Assembly: GCF_000143415.4 (NCBI RefSeq)
Contig: NW_003314346.1
Coordinates: 186,001-250,000, forward strand
From: Selaginella moellendorffii
Taxonomy: Eukaryota > Plantae > Lycopodiophyta
Length of the DNA: 64,000 nt
Direction of reading: 5' to 3'
Shown here: one piece after another, positions 1 through 13,496 of the stretch
Position numbering within the stretch: the stretch's first letter is position 1
How the letters are laid out: the number at the start of each line of letters is the position of its first letter
The notes under the pieces: model-generated
The model's database searches: none
Told to the model about the DNA's origin: nothing
Seen by the model: only the letters and a program-made list of their open reading frames with translations
Translations under genes and position numbers: made by a program

Positions 1-1071
1 CGAGATGGAGTCCGAGATGGAGTCCGAGATGGACCCGAGATGGAGTCCGAGTCCGAGTCCGAGTCCGGAGCCTGAGAGGGTGAAAGCCCAAAGCGTTCGT
101 CTCCCAGACCCTGGGGGGTTTGGTGAGCCCCAAAAGTATAGTAGGGGGAGGACTGCAGTGGAGCCAGTTTGGCCAGGAAAGGCCAGTTTGGCCCAGGAAG
201 GCCAGACCCAGTGTTGGGTGATGAGCTGCCCACTGGGAAGTCCAAGACTAGAGTGAACACAGACCGACAAGCGGGGTAGCTTGGTGAAGTGTTCAAGAGC
301 CGGCTCTAGTTCCCCCGGGAGATCGACTGGCCGATGCTCCCAGTCCAAGTGTGGGTGGCACTACCTACTTGGATACCAGGCGTGGCTCAACGGAACCTCG
401 CTCTAAGCCCATGGCTAGAGCACCTAAAGGCGATAGGTGGGGAGAGTACCCAGGTGGCTCGCGTAAGGCCACGGTGTTCCGAAATGTTGTCCCAAAGGCC
501 CAGACTGTGGAAAGGAAGAGGAGCAGTCCTCTGGGGTAGTGACCAAGGACACAGTCATGTGGTGAGGAAGTCCCAGAGGACCGTGGGACTTAGTGGTCGG
601 GCCTGTGGGCCTCGATCCAGTGGCAGTGTTGGCAAACACGGCCAGGGGCAGAAAGGGACTTGGTAGGAACTGACAAAGGGACTTTGGGGAAGGCAATTCC
701 CCAGGTCTGTGGGCATCCTAAGGATGCTAAGGAGTGGATCTAGGATGACCACTCGTGGACACATGGCCCAGTCTTGGAGAGACGAGGTGGTGATGCAAGT
801 GGTGTTGAACCACTAGTGCAGCAAAGGTGAATGGGCATGGCCTTAGCGTAACGGGCCGAGATGTCAGTGGTACTTTTGGGTGTCGGTCTCAGGACCAGAC
901 ACATGGAGCACTTGGACCAGGTGCAAGTGTGGAGTGGCATGGATGCCATTCTTGGGGCTAGCAAGTCCCAAGTCCTGAATTGGATTGATGGAGGTTGTGA
1001 ATGAGACTCCTCCAAGTGGTCGGAGGTGTGGTTAAGTGACTAAAGTAGAATGGAAAATTTAGTCGCTTACA
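1..1071 (+). repeat. Family A LTR (5'-truncated by window edge)
   Basis: Near-identical to the 3' part of LTR 5125-6865; ends TTACA before the PBS. Confidence 0.92.
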
Positions 1072-1074
1072 ATT

Positions 1075-1086
1075 TGGTATCGGAGC
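1075..1086 (+). promoter_or_regulatory. Primer binding site (tRNA-iMet-like), family A
   Basis: TGGTATCGGAGC 3 nt after the LTR; one mismatch to the canonical TGGTATCAGAGC. Confidence 0.85.
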
Positions 1087-3558
1087 TGTTCCTTAGTCCG
1101 ACTTTTATTGGTGCTCAAGCATATCACCACTGGTGCTAGCAACGGAAGGTCCAAGAAGTGGGCCTATCCTTGAGGAGTAGCAAGTCGGGAAGACATGGCT
1201 CTCCATTACAGTTCATGTGTGAACTTGTAGACAAGGTGGTGGATAGAAAAGGGGCCAATAATAGAACGACTTTGGGATCTTGGGAACAGTGTAAGGTTTT
1301 CCTCATTGAGTTGAGGAAGTGATCCAGATGAGCGTTTGACTCAGCAAACGGGCTAATGTAGTTGGGGTAAACAACTATAGTTGGGATCACGGGGAAGATA
1401 GAGACTCCAAAAACAATAAAGGAGTCACGAGTTTATCCTCACATGGTTGAGGCTGGTGCTCATGAAGGTGAGACCGGAATGGATGACCGTGAGAGGTCAA
1501 GTATGGATGAGGACACGAGTCCTGGAAATGGTAGCCGGGGCTACCTCTAATAAATGCTGGAACAACCCCAGGAGTTGGGGGTGTATTAAGTGGATGAGTT
1601 GGTGTTCTCATCACATGGACAAGTAGTCCTAAGGGGCAAAGGTTGCCCCCAGAGAACAAAATCAAGTGTCGGAGTAACACTTGTGAAAATAGTCCTTTTG
1701 AGTAGGACAGGAATGCAAGAAGTGTATTCCAGTGAGCTAGTGCCTCACAAGTAGGACCTTACGGGTCTGTGGATTAACCAAGTCCAAAACTGCTGGATGA
1801 CTCAAGTAGAGTCAACGGATGGTCCTAAAAGGACTGATGGAAGCATTTGGACTGAGGTGTGTTGTACCCCATAAAGGATGGGGGGGGATCATAGGATCCA
1901 AGGATGAGAACGGAGGGTATCTCATCGATGGCAAAATATGCCATGCTAAAGTTATGGGAAAGGTGTTCCCAGAAGAAAACAACTTTGACACAAAGTTGTG
2001 TGTGACCTCTATGGTGTAGTGCTAACGGATGGTTGGCATGAGAAAGAGCGATGTTGGTCTTGGCAAAGACTTAAACACGAAGGGGAAATGTCATAGAGGT
2101 AGGCTCGTGGAGCCAATGGTGTGGAGACACCAAATGTGCCAAAGTGTGATACCTTGAGGCTATGATGGTGGGTTCATGAGAACCCCTTGCCAAAGGAATC
2201 CCAATGGAAATGGGAATGGCATAGCCTAAGCTGCAGAGCATGCAGTTGGAGTGTGGTGACCCAGATAATGATGGAGGTGTGAAAGCACCAAGCAATGAGT
2301 TGTAGGACTTGACAACTATGAGGCAACTAAGCAAGAGGTGCAAAATAACTGGTTAAAAGGGTAGAAGGTAGCTACCCAAGACTTCTTAATAGCATAAGGA
2401 AGTTGGATATACCCTTACGGGGGATAAGTTGCTTGTGTTGCGATATAGTAAGTCAATGTCATAAAAGGAAATACTCATTGTCAAGAGAGCCATCATTGGG
2501 ACACCCGGACACTCTAGAACACCAGAAGGTGGTGTTTGATGTCGCGAGGGCAATGGATAAAGCCCAAGGGACTAAGTCCCTAGCGAATGATGGATAGAAG
2601 ATGCTATCCAAATGTCCAAGGTTGCGGAGACAGGAGAGACTATCTACCCGAGTTGGACAAAGCCAAAAATGGAATTTTGGCAAGGCTAGTGATGGGCATG
2701 TAAAGGCCCATAAGCAACAATGTAATCCCAGTGTGTGGGATTATAAGGTGAGCATACCCGGATTGAGGAACCACTCCCTAGGCTATTGGGTAGGTTCATC
2801 CCTAAGAATACTTGCTAAAGCGTGATAGAAAGTGCAAAGCTACCCTCCTGGTCTGGAGGAGAATGACCAAAGGAAAGGTGTGAAGCCAAAAAGCAAGTAG
2901 TAAGGGGATAGAACCAAACCATAGGAATCGAAGGGCATAACCAAGGTTGGTTATGCCAGCTGGGAGTGGAGAATCAAGTGGGGGCTCGAGGGTGTTGCCG
3001 CTAGCAACCGTGATGCCATGGAGGGTCTAAAATATGGAATTGTCCATGTTAGACTATATGGCAACTATAAAGCTTGCGAAAGGGGAGGCCTTAGCAAGCT
3101 GAGGGACAGAGTTCCTTCAAGGTTCCCAAAGACGATTCTAGATAGCATAGTACCTAGAAAGGCCAAGTGTAAATGGTTCATGGAATGCGCGAAATCAGAG
3201 TGGCGCAGCAGAAGCGTGGTCTTGAAGCTTGCCATGAGGCAAGGTTATCAAGGTTAGGGAAGTAGTTCCCGAGTGTTCAAAGAAAGGGCTTTGAACGAAA
3301 GTCGATGGTCAAGGACTTTCACGCTTATGCAGGAACCATGTTACAATGGTCGGAGGGCTTGCCAAATGAGATTGGCACGTCGGGGGAACAAAGACCCTAG
3401 TTGAAGGTGATAACTTCAAAAAGGGTGGGCCATGGGGCCGAGCATGGAGGAGTCCATGCATGATCACAGACATGTCAAGTGAGAGGACTTGGCAGTGTGG
3501 AGGAACTAGGTTCCTAAGCTGTGATCTGTAGCGCGCTTTAAAAATAGGTTGGTGCACC

Positions 3559-3970
3559 GGCGTGGGGAGTCACGCCAGGCATCTAGTGTGATGCCGTCCG
3601 TAGATGCATATACGGAGGTTGGGTTCGAGTCCCGACCCTCTAGTGCTTGGGTTCGAGTCCCAAATCACTAGGGCGTGGTGATGGTTTGGAATATGAGGAC
3701 ACTCATATTTCGGTGGTCATGGACTCTCAGTGGGGAGACTGGTTTGGGCACACCGCCAAGCGAGGGATGCCTCGGAGTCGTGATGCACGGTTAGATTGCT
3801 TAAGTGTGAAAGCTCAGCATATCTAACTTGAACACTTTGGTGCAAGTGGCACCAAGGTCGTGGTGAGTGAGATGGGGACACCTAATCTCAGTTGCTATGG
3901 ACCCTTGGCCGGAAGGGCTGCCTTGGGCGCACCGCCAAGTGTGGGGGATGCCCCCGGGGTCATAGTTAAC
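3559..3970 (+). other. Putative cis-acting structured RNA (hairpin array with two T-loop arms and GACA-capped stems), family A internal region
   Basis: Stems GGCGTG/CACGCC, GGCATC/GATGCC, TCCGTA/TACGGA, GGTTGGG-TTCGAGT-CCCGACC and AATATGAG-GACA-CTCATATT; homologous to 61809-62053. Confidence 0.6.
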
Positions 3971-5124
3971 AAGTTAAAGGTCTGGAAGACCTAGTACCTA
4001 TTGGCAAACCTGTTAAGGTGCCGAGGTGAGATCACTAGGTGATCTTGTGGCTAAATAAGGACAAAGTCCTTGTTTGGGTTAAGGAATAAGGTTCCTAGTT
4101 CAAAGTGTTGATTTGAACTATTGATGATGGTGTGGCTTGGTCAAGGTGACCAAGTGGGAAAAGCACCTTAGGGAAATGAGCTATGTCATCGCGATGGCAT
4201 AGTGTGTCCAAGGAAAGTAGTCTCTAAATAGACCCAGGAGAGGGTCACAAAGTTGGGCCGAGGATAGAGCCCACAGCAGAAGATGCTAAAAGAGACTTAC
4301 TAGGGGTGAACACCCTAGTCTTGGCAAAGCAGAGCCTTTGCTATGGAATCAAAAGAATACCTCAAGGAGGGAGGTAGAGATTCGATGTTGCTCGGTGCAA
4401 CAATCAACGGATAGGAGCAAAAGATGAGTGGCCAAGATAGGGCCGTGGAATCCCTGGGAAGGAATCCAAGTGACAAAGTTAGGCGAGGAACACTAATGTG
4501 TTGGACGCTAACAAATTGCGGGAAAGGAAGTGTGTTTCCAAGGATGGATTCCGAATTGCTCCGATTTGGCGAAAGTGGAAGCTCCAAGGGAGGGAGCGGT
4601 AAGGTAGCCAAATGATAGGGCCATGAACAGCCCTAACACAAAGTATGATAACTGGAACTTTGGCACGAAATAGAAGAGAGGATGATGGTGCCCTCGAGTA
4701 GAGAACTTCCTAGGAGGGGAAGTGGAGTTGCACAAAAGGTGCAAGGCAAGGTGTCGGAGACACCTAGGAAATTGACTCCAAGAAGTCAAAATTCAAAGTT
4801 CCAAAGTGCAGAGGTTATATCGATGGAAATTGAGACTACTCGAGAAGGAGTAGTGGGATTGACTTAGAGAAGGGTCTCTAAGAGGTTTAGCGAGAACTAA
4901 ACCAATAAAAGGAGAGAACCATTACATGTGGTCCAATCAGTCTCTAAGTTGGAGAGACTACGCTCCTTAAAGGATGGACAAGGCATGGTGAGCCTTTGGT
5001 GTCAAACCATAGACAAAGATTGGCTAGGTGCCAAGGATGGAAATGGTAACACGTGTGGGTGTTACTTTATGAAAGGGTTTACCGTTCGATGAGGACATCG
5101 AACTTCGTCTATGGGTGGTGGAGT

Positions 5125-6865
5125 TGTGAGACACAAAATCCCTAGGCCCCAAAGTGGAGCCGGAAGGGCGCCACATGGTAGTGGCCGAAGCGAGAGCCAA
5201 ACGAGTGTAACACGTTTGGACCAAAAGCTCCGACTTGAAAAGTCAAGAGCGGGAGTGGAACTCCCAACGAAGTGCTCGAGGAACGAGCATGAAGCGAGCA
5301 AAAGGCGAGGCTCCAAAAAGGGACCCAAAAGGACCAACACATGACACGTGGGAGTGTCCGAAATGGACCCGAGTTGGAGTCCGAAGTGGAGTCCGAGATG
5401 GAGTCCGAGATGGAGTCCGAGATGGAGTCCGAGGTGGACCCGAGATGGACCCGAGTTGGAGTCCGAAGTGGAGTCCGAGATGGACCCGAGATGGAGTCCG
5501 AGATGGAGTCCGAGATGGAGTCCGAGGAGGACCCGAGATGGACCCGAAATGGAGTCCGAGATGGAGTCCGAGATGGACCCGAGATGGAGTCCGAGATGGA
5601 GTCCGAGATGGAGTCCGAGATGGACCCGAGATGGACCCGAGATGGAGTCCGAGATGGAGTCCGAGATGGAGTCCGAGATGGAGTCCGAAGTCGAGACCGA
5701 GACCGGGACCGAGACCGGGACCGAGACCGAGACCGAGACCGAGATCGGGACCGAGACCGAGACCGAGGCCGAGGCCGAGACCGAGCCCGAGCCCGAGTCC
5801 GAGTCCGAATCCGAGTCCGAGTCCGAGTCCGAGTCCGAGTCCGAGTCCGAGTCCGAGTCCGGAGCCTGAGAGGGTGAAAGCCCAAAGCGTTCGTCTCCCA
5901 GACCCTGGGGGGTTTGGTGAGCCCCAAAAGTATAGTAGGGGGAGGACTGCAGTGGAGCCAGTTTGGCCAGGAAAGGCCAGTTTGGCCCAGGAAGGCCAGA
6001 CCCAGTGTTGGGTGATGAGCTGCCCACTGGGAAGTCCAAGACTAGAGTGAACACAGACCGACAAGCGGGGTAGCTTGGTGAAGTGTTCAAGAGCCGGCTC
6101 TAGTTCCCCCGGGAGATCGACTGGCCGATGCTCCCAGTCCAAGTGTGGGTGGCACTACCTACTTGGATACCAGGCGTGGCTCAACGGAACCTCGCTCTAA
6201 GCCCATGGCTAGAGCACCTAAAGGCGATAGGTGGGGAGAGTACCCAGGTGGCTCGCGTAAGGCCACGGTGTTCCGAAATGTTGTCCCAAAGGCCCAGACT
6301 GTGGAAAGGAAGAGGAGCAGTCCTCTGGGGTAGTGACCAAGGACACAGTCATGTGGTGAGGAAGTCCCAGAGGACCGTGGGACTTAGTGGTCGGGCCTGT
6401 GGGCCTCGATCCAGTGGCAGTGTTGGCAAACACGGCCAGGGGCAGAAAGGGACTTGGTAGGAACTGACAAAGGGACTTTGGGGAAGGCAATTCCCCAGGT
6501 CTGTGGGCATCCTAAGGATGCTAAGGAGTGGATCTAGGATGACCACTCGTGGACACATGGCCCAGTCTTGGAGAGACGAGGTGGTGATGCAAGTGGTGTT
6601 GAACCACTAGTGCAGCAAAGGTGAATGGGCATGGCCTTAGCGTAACGGGCCGAGATGTCAGTGGTACTTTTGGGTGTCAGTCTCAGGACCAGACACATGG
6701 AGCACTTGGACCAGGTGCAAGTGTGGAGTGGCATGGATGCCATTCTTGGGGCTAGCAAGTCCCAAGTCCTGAATTGGATTGATGGAGGTTGTGAATGAGA
6801 CTCCTCCAAGTGGTCGGAGGTGTGGTTAAGTGACTAAAGTAGAATGGAAAATTTAGTCGCTTACA
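5125..6865 (+). repeat. Family A LTR, shared between tandem units
   Basis: TGTGAGACAC...GCTTACA termini, preceded by PPT and followed by PBS. Confidence 0.93.
5362..5862. repeat. LTR-embedded minisatellite (GAGATGGAGTCC)n grading into (GAGACC)n and (GAGTCC)n
   Basis: Tandem 12-, 10- and 6-bp units are directly visible. Copy number differs in the other family A LTRs (20762-21357, 30113-30655, 41606-42035). Confidence 0.95.
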
Positions 6866-7134
6866 ATTTGGTATCGGAGCTGTTCCTTAGTCCGACTTTT
6901 ATTGGTGCTCAAGCATATCACCACTGGTGCTAGCAACGGAAGGTCCAAGAAGTGGGCCTATCCTTGAGGAGTAGCAAGTCGGGAAGACATGGCTCTCCAT
7001 TACAGTTCATGTGTGAACTTGTAGACAAGGTGGTGGATAGAAAAGGGGCCAATAATAGAACGACTTTGGGATCTTGGGAACAGTGTAAGGTTTTCCTCAT
7101 TGAGTTGAGGAAGTGATCCAGATGAGCGTTTGAC

Positions 7135-10100
7135 GTAATACTGTGATGGTAAGAGTAGCAGCAGAAGGCATAATAGTTCCATGCTAAAACCTACAATGAA
7201 AAGAGTCAATCAATTTAAAATATAAAAAATAAGGAAATGCAAACCTTTTGGATTTAGCCACTTGGTCCTTTTGTTTTGACTGAGATGTTTGAGAGTAGGC
7301 AACCTAATGTAAACTCAACCAATCTAGAGTCATCATTCTCCGCCATCATTGCAAGAAGACCTCCCCAAAATAAAGAACAGGGAAGAATAATTAGCATAAT
7401 ACCCTCATATTGCAACACCTTGGATGCCACATCCACCACTTGAGAAATATGGTTTGGTTAAAGGATGTTCTAGGATGGAGTGTCACCTTTTAAAGGTGGT
7501 AACCCATTAGGCAAGTCGAAGAATGTGAGGTCAATGCCGAATGTATTATTCATTCCCAATCCTCACATCCATCTATGGAACATAAAAGACTCTCGGCTCA
7601 CGTCATTGAAAAGTTGAAAGTAGTTCCCAATAACTATTTCCACATTGCCAACACTTCTTATAGAAGAAAGAGGGTGAATTTGAATAGTGTTCAAAACCGG
7701 GAAATATTAAAGTTTAATACATTTTTTTTTCCATACCTGTTTATATGAAGCCAATGAAGATAACTCTTGGAGGTCATCCTCTATAGTAGTGGGGAGGGAT
7801 GGAAAGAATGCATTTGTATGTTGGCATATAGAGTGTTGGCTAGTTTCTCTAACATCTACAACCAAATTACAATAAGAAAGGTAATTGGAAATCAAGTTCT
7901 TACTCTTTTGGACATCCTTACTATGGAGTTACCTTCATATATTTTGAGCAATTAGGGCTGGATGAGCAGCAATAGTAGAATTTAGGGAATGAGCAACTGC
8001 TGTAGGATGAGATGTGGCATGAGAGTTTTCAGTCGGGTTCTCCACTTGTTCGTCTTTGGTCTACTTAATATGAATCTCGTCCCTGTCTTGAGGCATCTCC
8101 ACTCCCTCCAAAAGTGCCTTTACAATAAAGTAGAAACATAAGTTATTACTAAGAAGTTTTACTTATCAAACTTGGATGACACTTGAGGTAGAGATCAAAC
8201 TCAAAAGGTGACAATGGCATTTGCCTCCACAACTCCAAGTAACATAGACAAAGTTCTCACTCCCATGTAGTGGGACAATAGAACTCTAGCTCATACATGC
8301 GAAGTTTCTTATTTAAATCATTGCCCAAGTGCTCAACTGTACATAGTAAATGTTTTTCTCAAGCTCTTAATTGGTGGGACATGATTAAATAAGCAAGTCA
8401 ATTTCTTGCAATATATCTATATGCCATGTAGCGCGAGAAAAACAATTGGCCTAGCTGGTTCTTGAAATCCATAGAGCTTGAGTTGCCATCAAAAAGTTAT
8501 CCATCCCCAAGCTCTTGAAGGGAAGTTTAAACATATTCTAGAAGTGTTATGCTGGTGCGGGCACTAGTAAGGAACTTCGTATCCCATACTTGAAGTAGCT
8601 CCTTAGTAGCCACAATATTTTGAGTGATATAGAGCTTCTCCTTCATCATATTCTCAAGATTGCTCTCCAACTTCTTATTATTATTACAATGCCAAAGTGT
8701 TGAGGAGCTCCAAGCAAGAGGTTTATTCGTTGAAAGAGAGCTTGCTTTTTGCAATGTTATAGATCAATTCTTTAAGTGCTTTACCATTTCCTACAAGGAC
8801 AAAGATTCAAAGTGGAATGAGAAAGATAAAAGGGATTAACTTATTGCCACAAGAGCATATCTCTGCAATGCAATCCAGCTAATCTTTATCATGTTGGATG
8901 TCTGCAATCGCAAGTAGCTTCTTCACCTTTGATTTCTTTGAGTTCAAAATGTGGTGCTCAATTTGTCGCATTTTAAGGTTCTTTTGCACCTCATCCGTCA
9001 CTTGTGTAATCTTCAAATATGAGTTTTGCTCTGCCTTGAAAATTGGTTAAAAGGAAAACTTGTGAATAGAAAACACAAGTTCATGCAAGAAAAGGATACC
9101 TTTGCCTAGACCGCAACCAAAAAATCCATGAGCACCTGATACCAAATAAACAACTCTTAGCCTTTATGTGCTACAAGCTCTACTTGAATTGCTTCCATAA
9201 CCTCACGACTATACAGCATTTGGATTTCCTCAAGAGAAAGCATGCCAATATATCAAAGATGCTTGATATCATGGACCAATGTATATGCTTGGAAAGCAAA
9301 TTGATTAAGCCTGTAACATAGTTGGTGAGAACAAAGGTTACTAGTAAGGGATTCTTACATGTTGATTTTGTGACATGCCAACTTGAGCCTCACAACTTAG
9401 TTTCAATCCTCTGGCTCCACAAGTGTCATTGGAACACAAATATGTTACTCGTCATCATCCCGGAACTTCTCTTAGATACACCTCCAAAATGCTATCAATA
9501 ATGCAGAACATCCGGCCTACAAAGGCTTGTGTCTCTTTATGGCACACCATCAAAGTATCAAACTTATGAGATTTCCTTTACCATATCTGATCCCAAGTCT
9601 GGTTAATCTTGCAAGTAACCATGTCTATGCAATTTGTTCCAGGGAATGATGATGACATAATAAATGATCCAGCAGTGTGCCCGAATCCAACCTCTATTAA
9701 AGAGGTATAAATAGCCATGTTGAGGTTGTAGGCTAAGTGCACCCAGTGACTCTACTTAAGAAGGCAACGTGGAATCTGAAGATGTTAAGATCCTTTCCAA
9801 GCCATTTCACCTAACACCCTACTGATAGTTCATTCTTGAGCCTAGATAATAGTCTTGTGTACTCGCTCATTCAAGATCATGTTGGCCTCTAGCATAGATA
9901 CCACCTCATTTCTGTGACCTTCAGGAGCAGTAGCATGTCCACCTTTTCCACCACCAAGATCTACCCCACCACCTATAGCACTAGATGCCTCATTTCTGCC
10001 ACCAAGTTCTACCCCACCACCTATGGCATTAGGTGCCTCATTTCCACCACCACCACCAGCTTCTCCTATGCTATAGATAGGTTTTGCATTTCTACGCTCT

Positions 10101-13100
10101 CTAGAACCATTTAGCTCTTGCATGCTGACACCTGGATTAGGATTAACCATTGCTTGGATTTGGACACCATTACTCCCACTATGGTCTTCCTCCAAAGCAA
10201 CACCTTGAACTTGTGTGAGGTGTCCCTAGTGAATCTAGTACAACAATCTAATTGTTTTCCTAGAGAATGGGTCCATTGAGGTTGATTGGCATGCTTCTTC
10301 TATTGTGGCATGATTTTATATGTCAACATTAAAAAAAGTTTTAAAGAAAAATAAGAGCAATTTCCTTTGTGCTAGGAAGATCAATTTGTTGCCAAACCAA
10401 TCTTCTAGCACCAAGGGAACAAAAGAAAAAAAGATAAGAAGTAACTCCCTTGGTGTTGGGAAGATCAGTTCACTATCGAACCAATCTTCCAGCACCAAGA
10501 GAACAAAAAAAAAGAAAAGAAAAGGTAGGATATATTTATTGGAAAAATCTACTATAAACATAGATTTCATATGTTCTTTCCATTCAATGCGTTAGATATT
10601 AAGATATGTGTAATTGATTGTGAGAGGAATAATACTGTTGAAATGAATGGGGTTATGAGTGAGGGTTACTGATTACTGATTACTGGCTACCATAAAAGAT
10701 CGGCAGTTACTGTACCCTTGAGGGTCAACAGTTATATGTGCTTGAGGCTTACATTTCCTTCCATTTTCATTCTTGTTTCTCTTTCTCATAGACATTTTAG
10801 GCAACTTTGAGCAACTTATGGACAAGGTAAAGGGTTTTAAACCATTTATTTTGGCCAAGGGCTCTTCTTTTTGTGCTTTAGAGACATCTACAATAGAGAC
10901 TCATACACTAGCACCATCTTCTACTCCTCTAAAGATTGCTTCTTTCTTAAGAAACCCTTATTAAAGTTTAGCCCAAAAAATAAAAACAAGTACCCTGGTC
11001 TTGATCCTTCACCATTTTGCTTGTAAGTAGGCTTGTTGGGAAGAATTTAACCTTGTCTACCCTCTATTGCAAGAATTTGTGAAAAAAACACCTAAATATC
11101 TCGTGAGATCTAAGAAAAGATAGCCTAAAACATCAATATTGTGGAAAAACATTTACATGTCACCAATTTAGATTGATACCAAGACGCCATTTATATTTTC
11201 AAAAAGCCCAAGACCAGGAGCACCTCTAGAAATAAATAACATCCAAAATAAAGCCCAGAAAAGCACAAATTCCTGTTACAAAAAATGCCCTTACCTAACT
11301 GGAAAAGAAAATCCTTTTGCATGCCACAAATTCTCCTAAATCCACTATTAAGAATCACCACTACTTGCTAGATCTACAAACCCAAATGCATTGGTTTGAG
11401 AAATTCGGCCGAGAATCTAAATGAGAAAGTGGAAACCCCAAAATGTTCACCAAACTAAGCCAAGAAATGTTATATTTCCTCAAATATTGCACAGCTTGAT
11501 AAGCACCATACCTTGCTAGAAAGAGGAGCTCAAGACATATTCAATGCACTCAAGATCAAGTAAAACCTTTGCAATAAAAACAAAAAATCACTCCTCAAAG
11601 TCTGCAATTGAAAGGAAAAGAGAGAAATTGTGCCATAGAAAGCGATGCATGGTTATGCCGAGTTCACCATTTGTTGGGAGAAGGAAGGCTACCTCCCCCA
11701 ATGCTCACTCAAACATAAAAAATGCTTCAATGCTCTTCACAAATACCCCCTTTTGCCCTTGTGGAGCAAGGGTTTTATACAAAGAAGATGAAGATTATTC
11801 CAAGAATTAAAATATTCCTTCTCTCATTCTCACACTTTTTAAGTGGCCATGCCCTAATAAAGGTTTTGCAACTCATTATAGGTTTCTCTTAAGTTTATTT
11901 CCATAGAGAAAGCTTTAAAGAAAAACTTTGTTTGCTCATCAAATCTGCCATGCTTTTTGACATCATTGGTATAATACTAGTCTTTGGCTTTGTTTTTGAA
12001 TATATAGAGGGAAAAAAAAAATTTCTACCCATTTGTTTGATTGAGCTTAATTACTTTTGTGTATTGCTCAATATGTTCTTTCTTTTGATTCTAGAAAAGG
12101 ATGGATATGTAATGACGGTGCCTATTACCATCATGCTTATTGCAATTTAATAAGAAATGTTCTATTTTGCAATTAATATAAGCAAAATAGGTGTTTAGTT
12201 CATGGGGAACTTGGATCACCGTCAGGGGGTAATTCGTCAAATTTAGTTTTTCTTTTATTTCTGGGGAATCACTCTAGTTGTTTTGTGTTCTATTACTTTC
12301 AATTGAAGCAATGGCATTTTCTATATGTTGATGTAAGGAGGAGTAGCATATGGATTCATGTATTTTAGATGACTGTCAAAGTCATATTGGGATTTTTTAT
12401 CTCCTCTTTATTAAGGTGTATTTAATATACTTTTATCTCACTCTCTTTCAAGTTTTTGTTTAGCTTAGTTGAATAATGATTTAGTCTATTCTGAAAGGAG
12501 GTTAAGATTACGAATATCACAAGTAAGTGCTTTGTAATCTTGTTCTAGATCTTGTGAATACTTCTTTCTAAACTACCTTCTGCTCATCAGATTGGGAAAG
12601 AAATGTTATATATCTATTACATTATTTGGTATAGAGAATGATAATTTTATACACAAAAACTAAGCCCTTTAAAACTTTATAGGTAAGATCAATTGTTGGT
12701 CTATACCTATATATTTTGAGGTTTGTTGGAGTTGCTACTATGGCAAGCTTAATTATTATGCCTCATTTGTGGAGTGAGTGGTATAAAGTTTTGGTATGTA
12801 ATGTATTCCCTTTGTATATTGGCCTATCAATCACTCTTAGAAGCAAACACTTAACTTCCCAATCAATTTTGAAATAGGGATGGTTTTCCTCTAAAAGCCA
12901 ATGTGTAGGACATTTTTTATATGAAAGTCCCAAAAATTTCTTGAGCAATAAATGTTATTTTTCATAATATATCTATTTTGATTAAGTGTGGTCCACTTTA
13001 AAATATTTTTACTCCACAAAATTTTGTTGTCTATCAATTTAGATTCAGAATTGATCTAACATCTATTATCCCAATTATCAGTAAGTGTATTTTTGCCTAT

Positions 13101-13496
13101 GAATATCCAAACTTTATTGTGAACCGTTAAAGTTCCCACAATAACTTTTTTGCCTAAAATTGCATAGAATTTTAACAATTGTCTAGTAGACAAAAATTTT
13201 TAAAAACTTTACAGGTTATAATGCTTAGGATTTGCATCTAGCTCGGATAGATAGACTATCCCTCTATTTAGAAAGAATCCTAGTGCTATTTTCCTTTTAT
13301 ATGGGTAACTCCACAAATATATTATATATATATATATATACAAAGTAATTTATATGTATTATCACACCTTCTTTGACAATAGTAAAGGTACTATAAGTTA
13401 GACTTTTGTATACTTTGAGCAGAATATTGTCAAGTATTTCACTTGGTAATTCGTCAAATTGTTTAAGTAATTTCGTTAAATCTATCATTCACTGGT
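7135..13496. other. Old AT-rich decayed sequence, probably TE relics
   Basis: No long ORF. Short tandem duplications at ~9945-10055 (48-bp unit) and ~10350-10520. Weak protease-like IDVRSILNL on the minus strand near 13040-13070. Confidence 0.3.

Larger units (their letters stand above)
1..7134 (+). mobile_element. Family A non-autonomous LTR retrotransposon (LARD-like) in tandem: LTR-internal-LTR-start of next internal
   Basis: LTR <1-1071 (ends ...GCTTACA), PBS TGGTATCGGAGC 1075-1086, ~4 kb internal region with no long ORF, PPT GGGTGGTGGAGT 5113-5124, LTR 5125-6865. A second PBS (6869-6880) and internal sequence then repeat until 7134 (period 5794 bp). Confidence 0.88.

Noticed and set aside
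205-260. Hammerhead ribozyme or 5S C-box in the family A LTR (GGTGATGAG...TGGGAAGTCC)
   Set aside because: Lacks the CUGAUGA/GAAA core with proper stems; 5S similarity is limited to about 10 nt.
3617-3663. tRNA genes (GGTTCGAGTCC)
   Set aside because: Only T-arm/B-box-like parts; no D-arm, anticodon arm or acceptor stem.
5362-5862. CRISPR-like array
   Set aside because: No unique spacers, no cas genes, eukaryotic TE context.
5062-6142. Many 170-370 aa low-complexity ORFs (SR/ES/LG-rich) here and at 20387-21638, 29835-30949, 41327-42295 and 55769-56108
   Set aside because: Open in most frames on both strands because they translate LTR minisatellites; no evidence of coding.
7135-13496. Host protein-coding gene
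   Set aside because: Only short stop-ridden ORFs; no coherent exon chain or recognisable domain.
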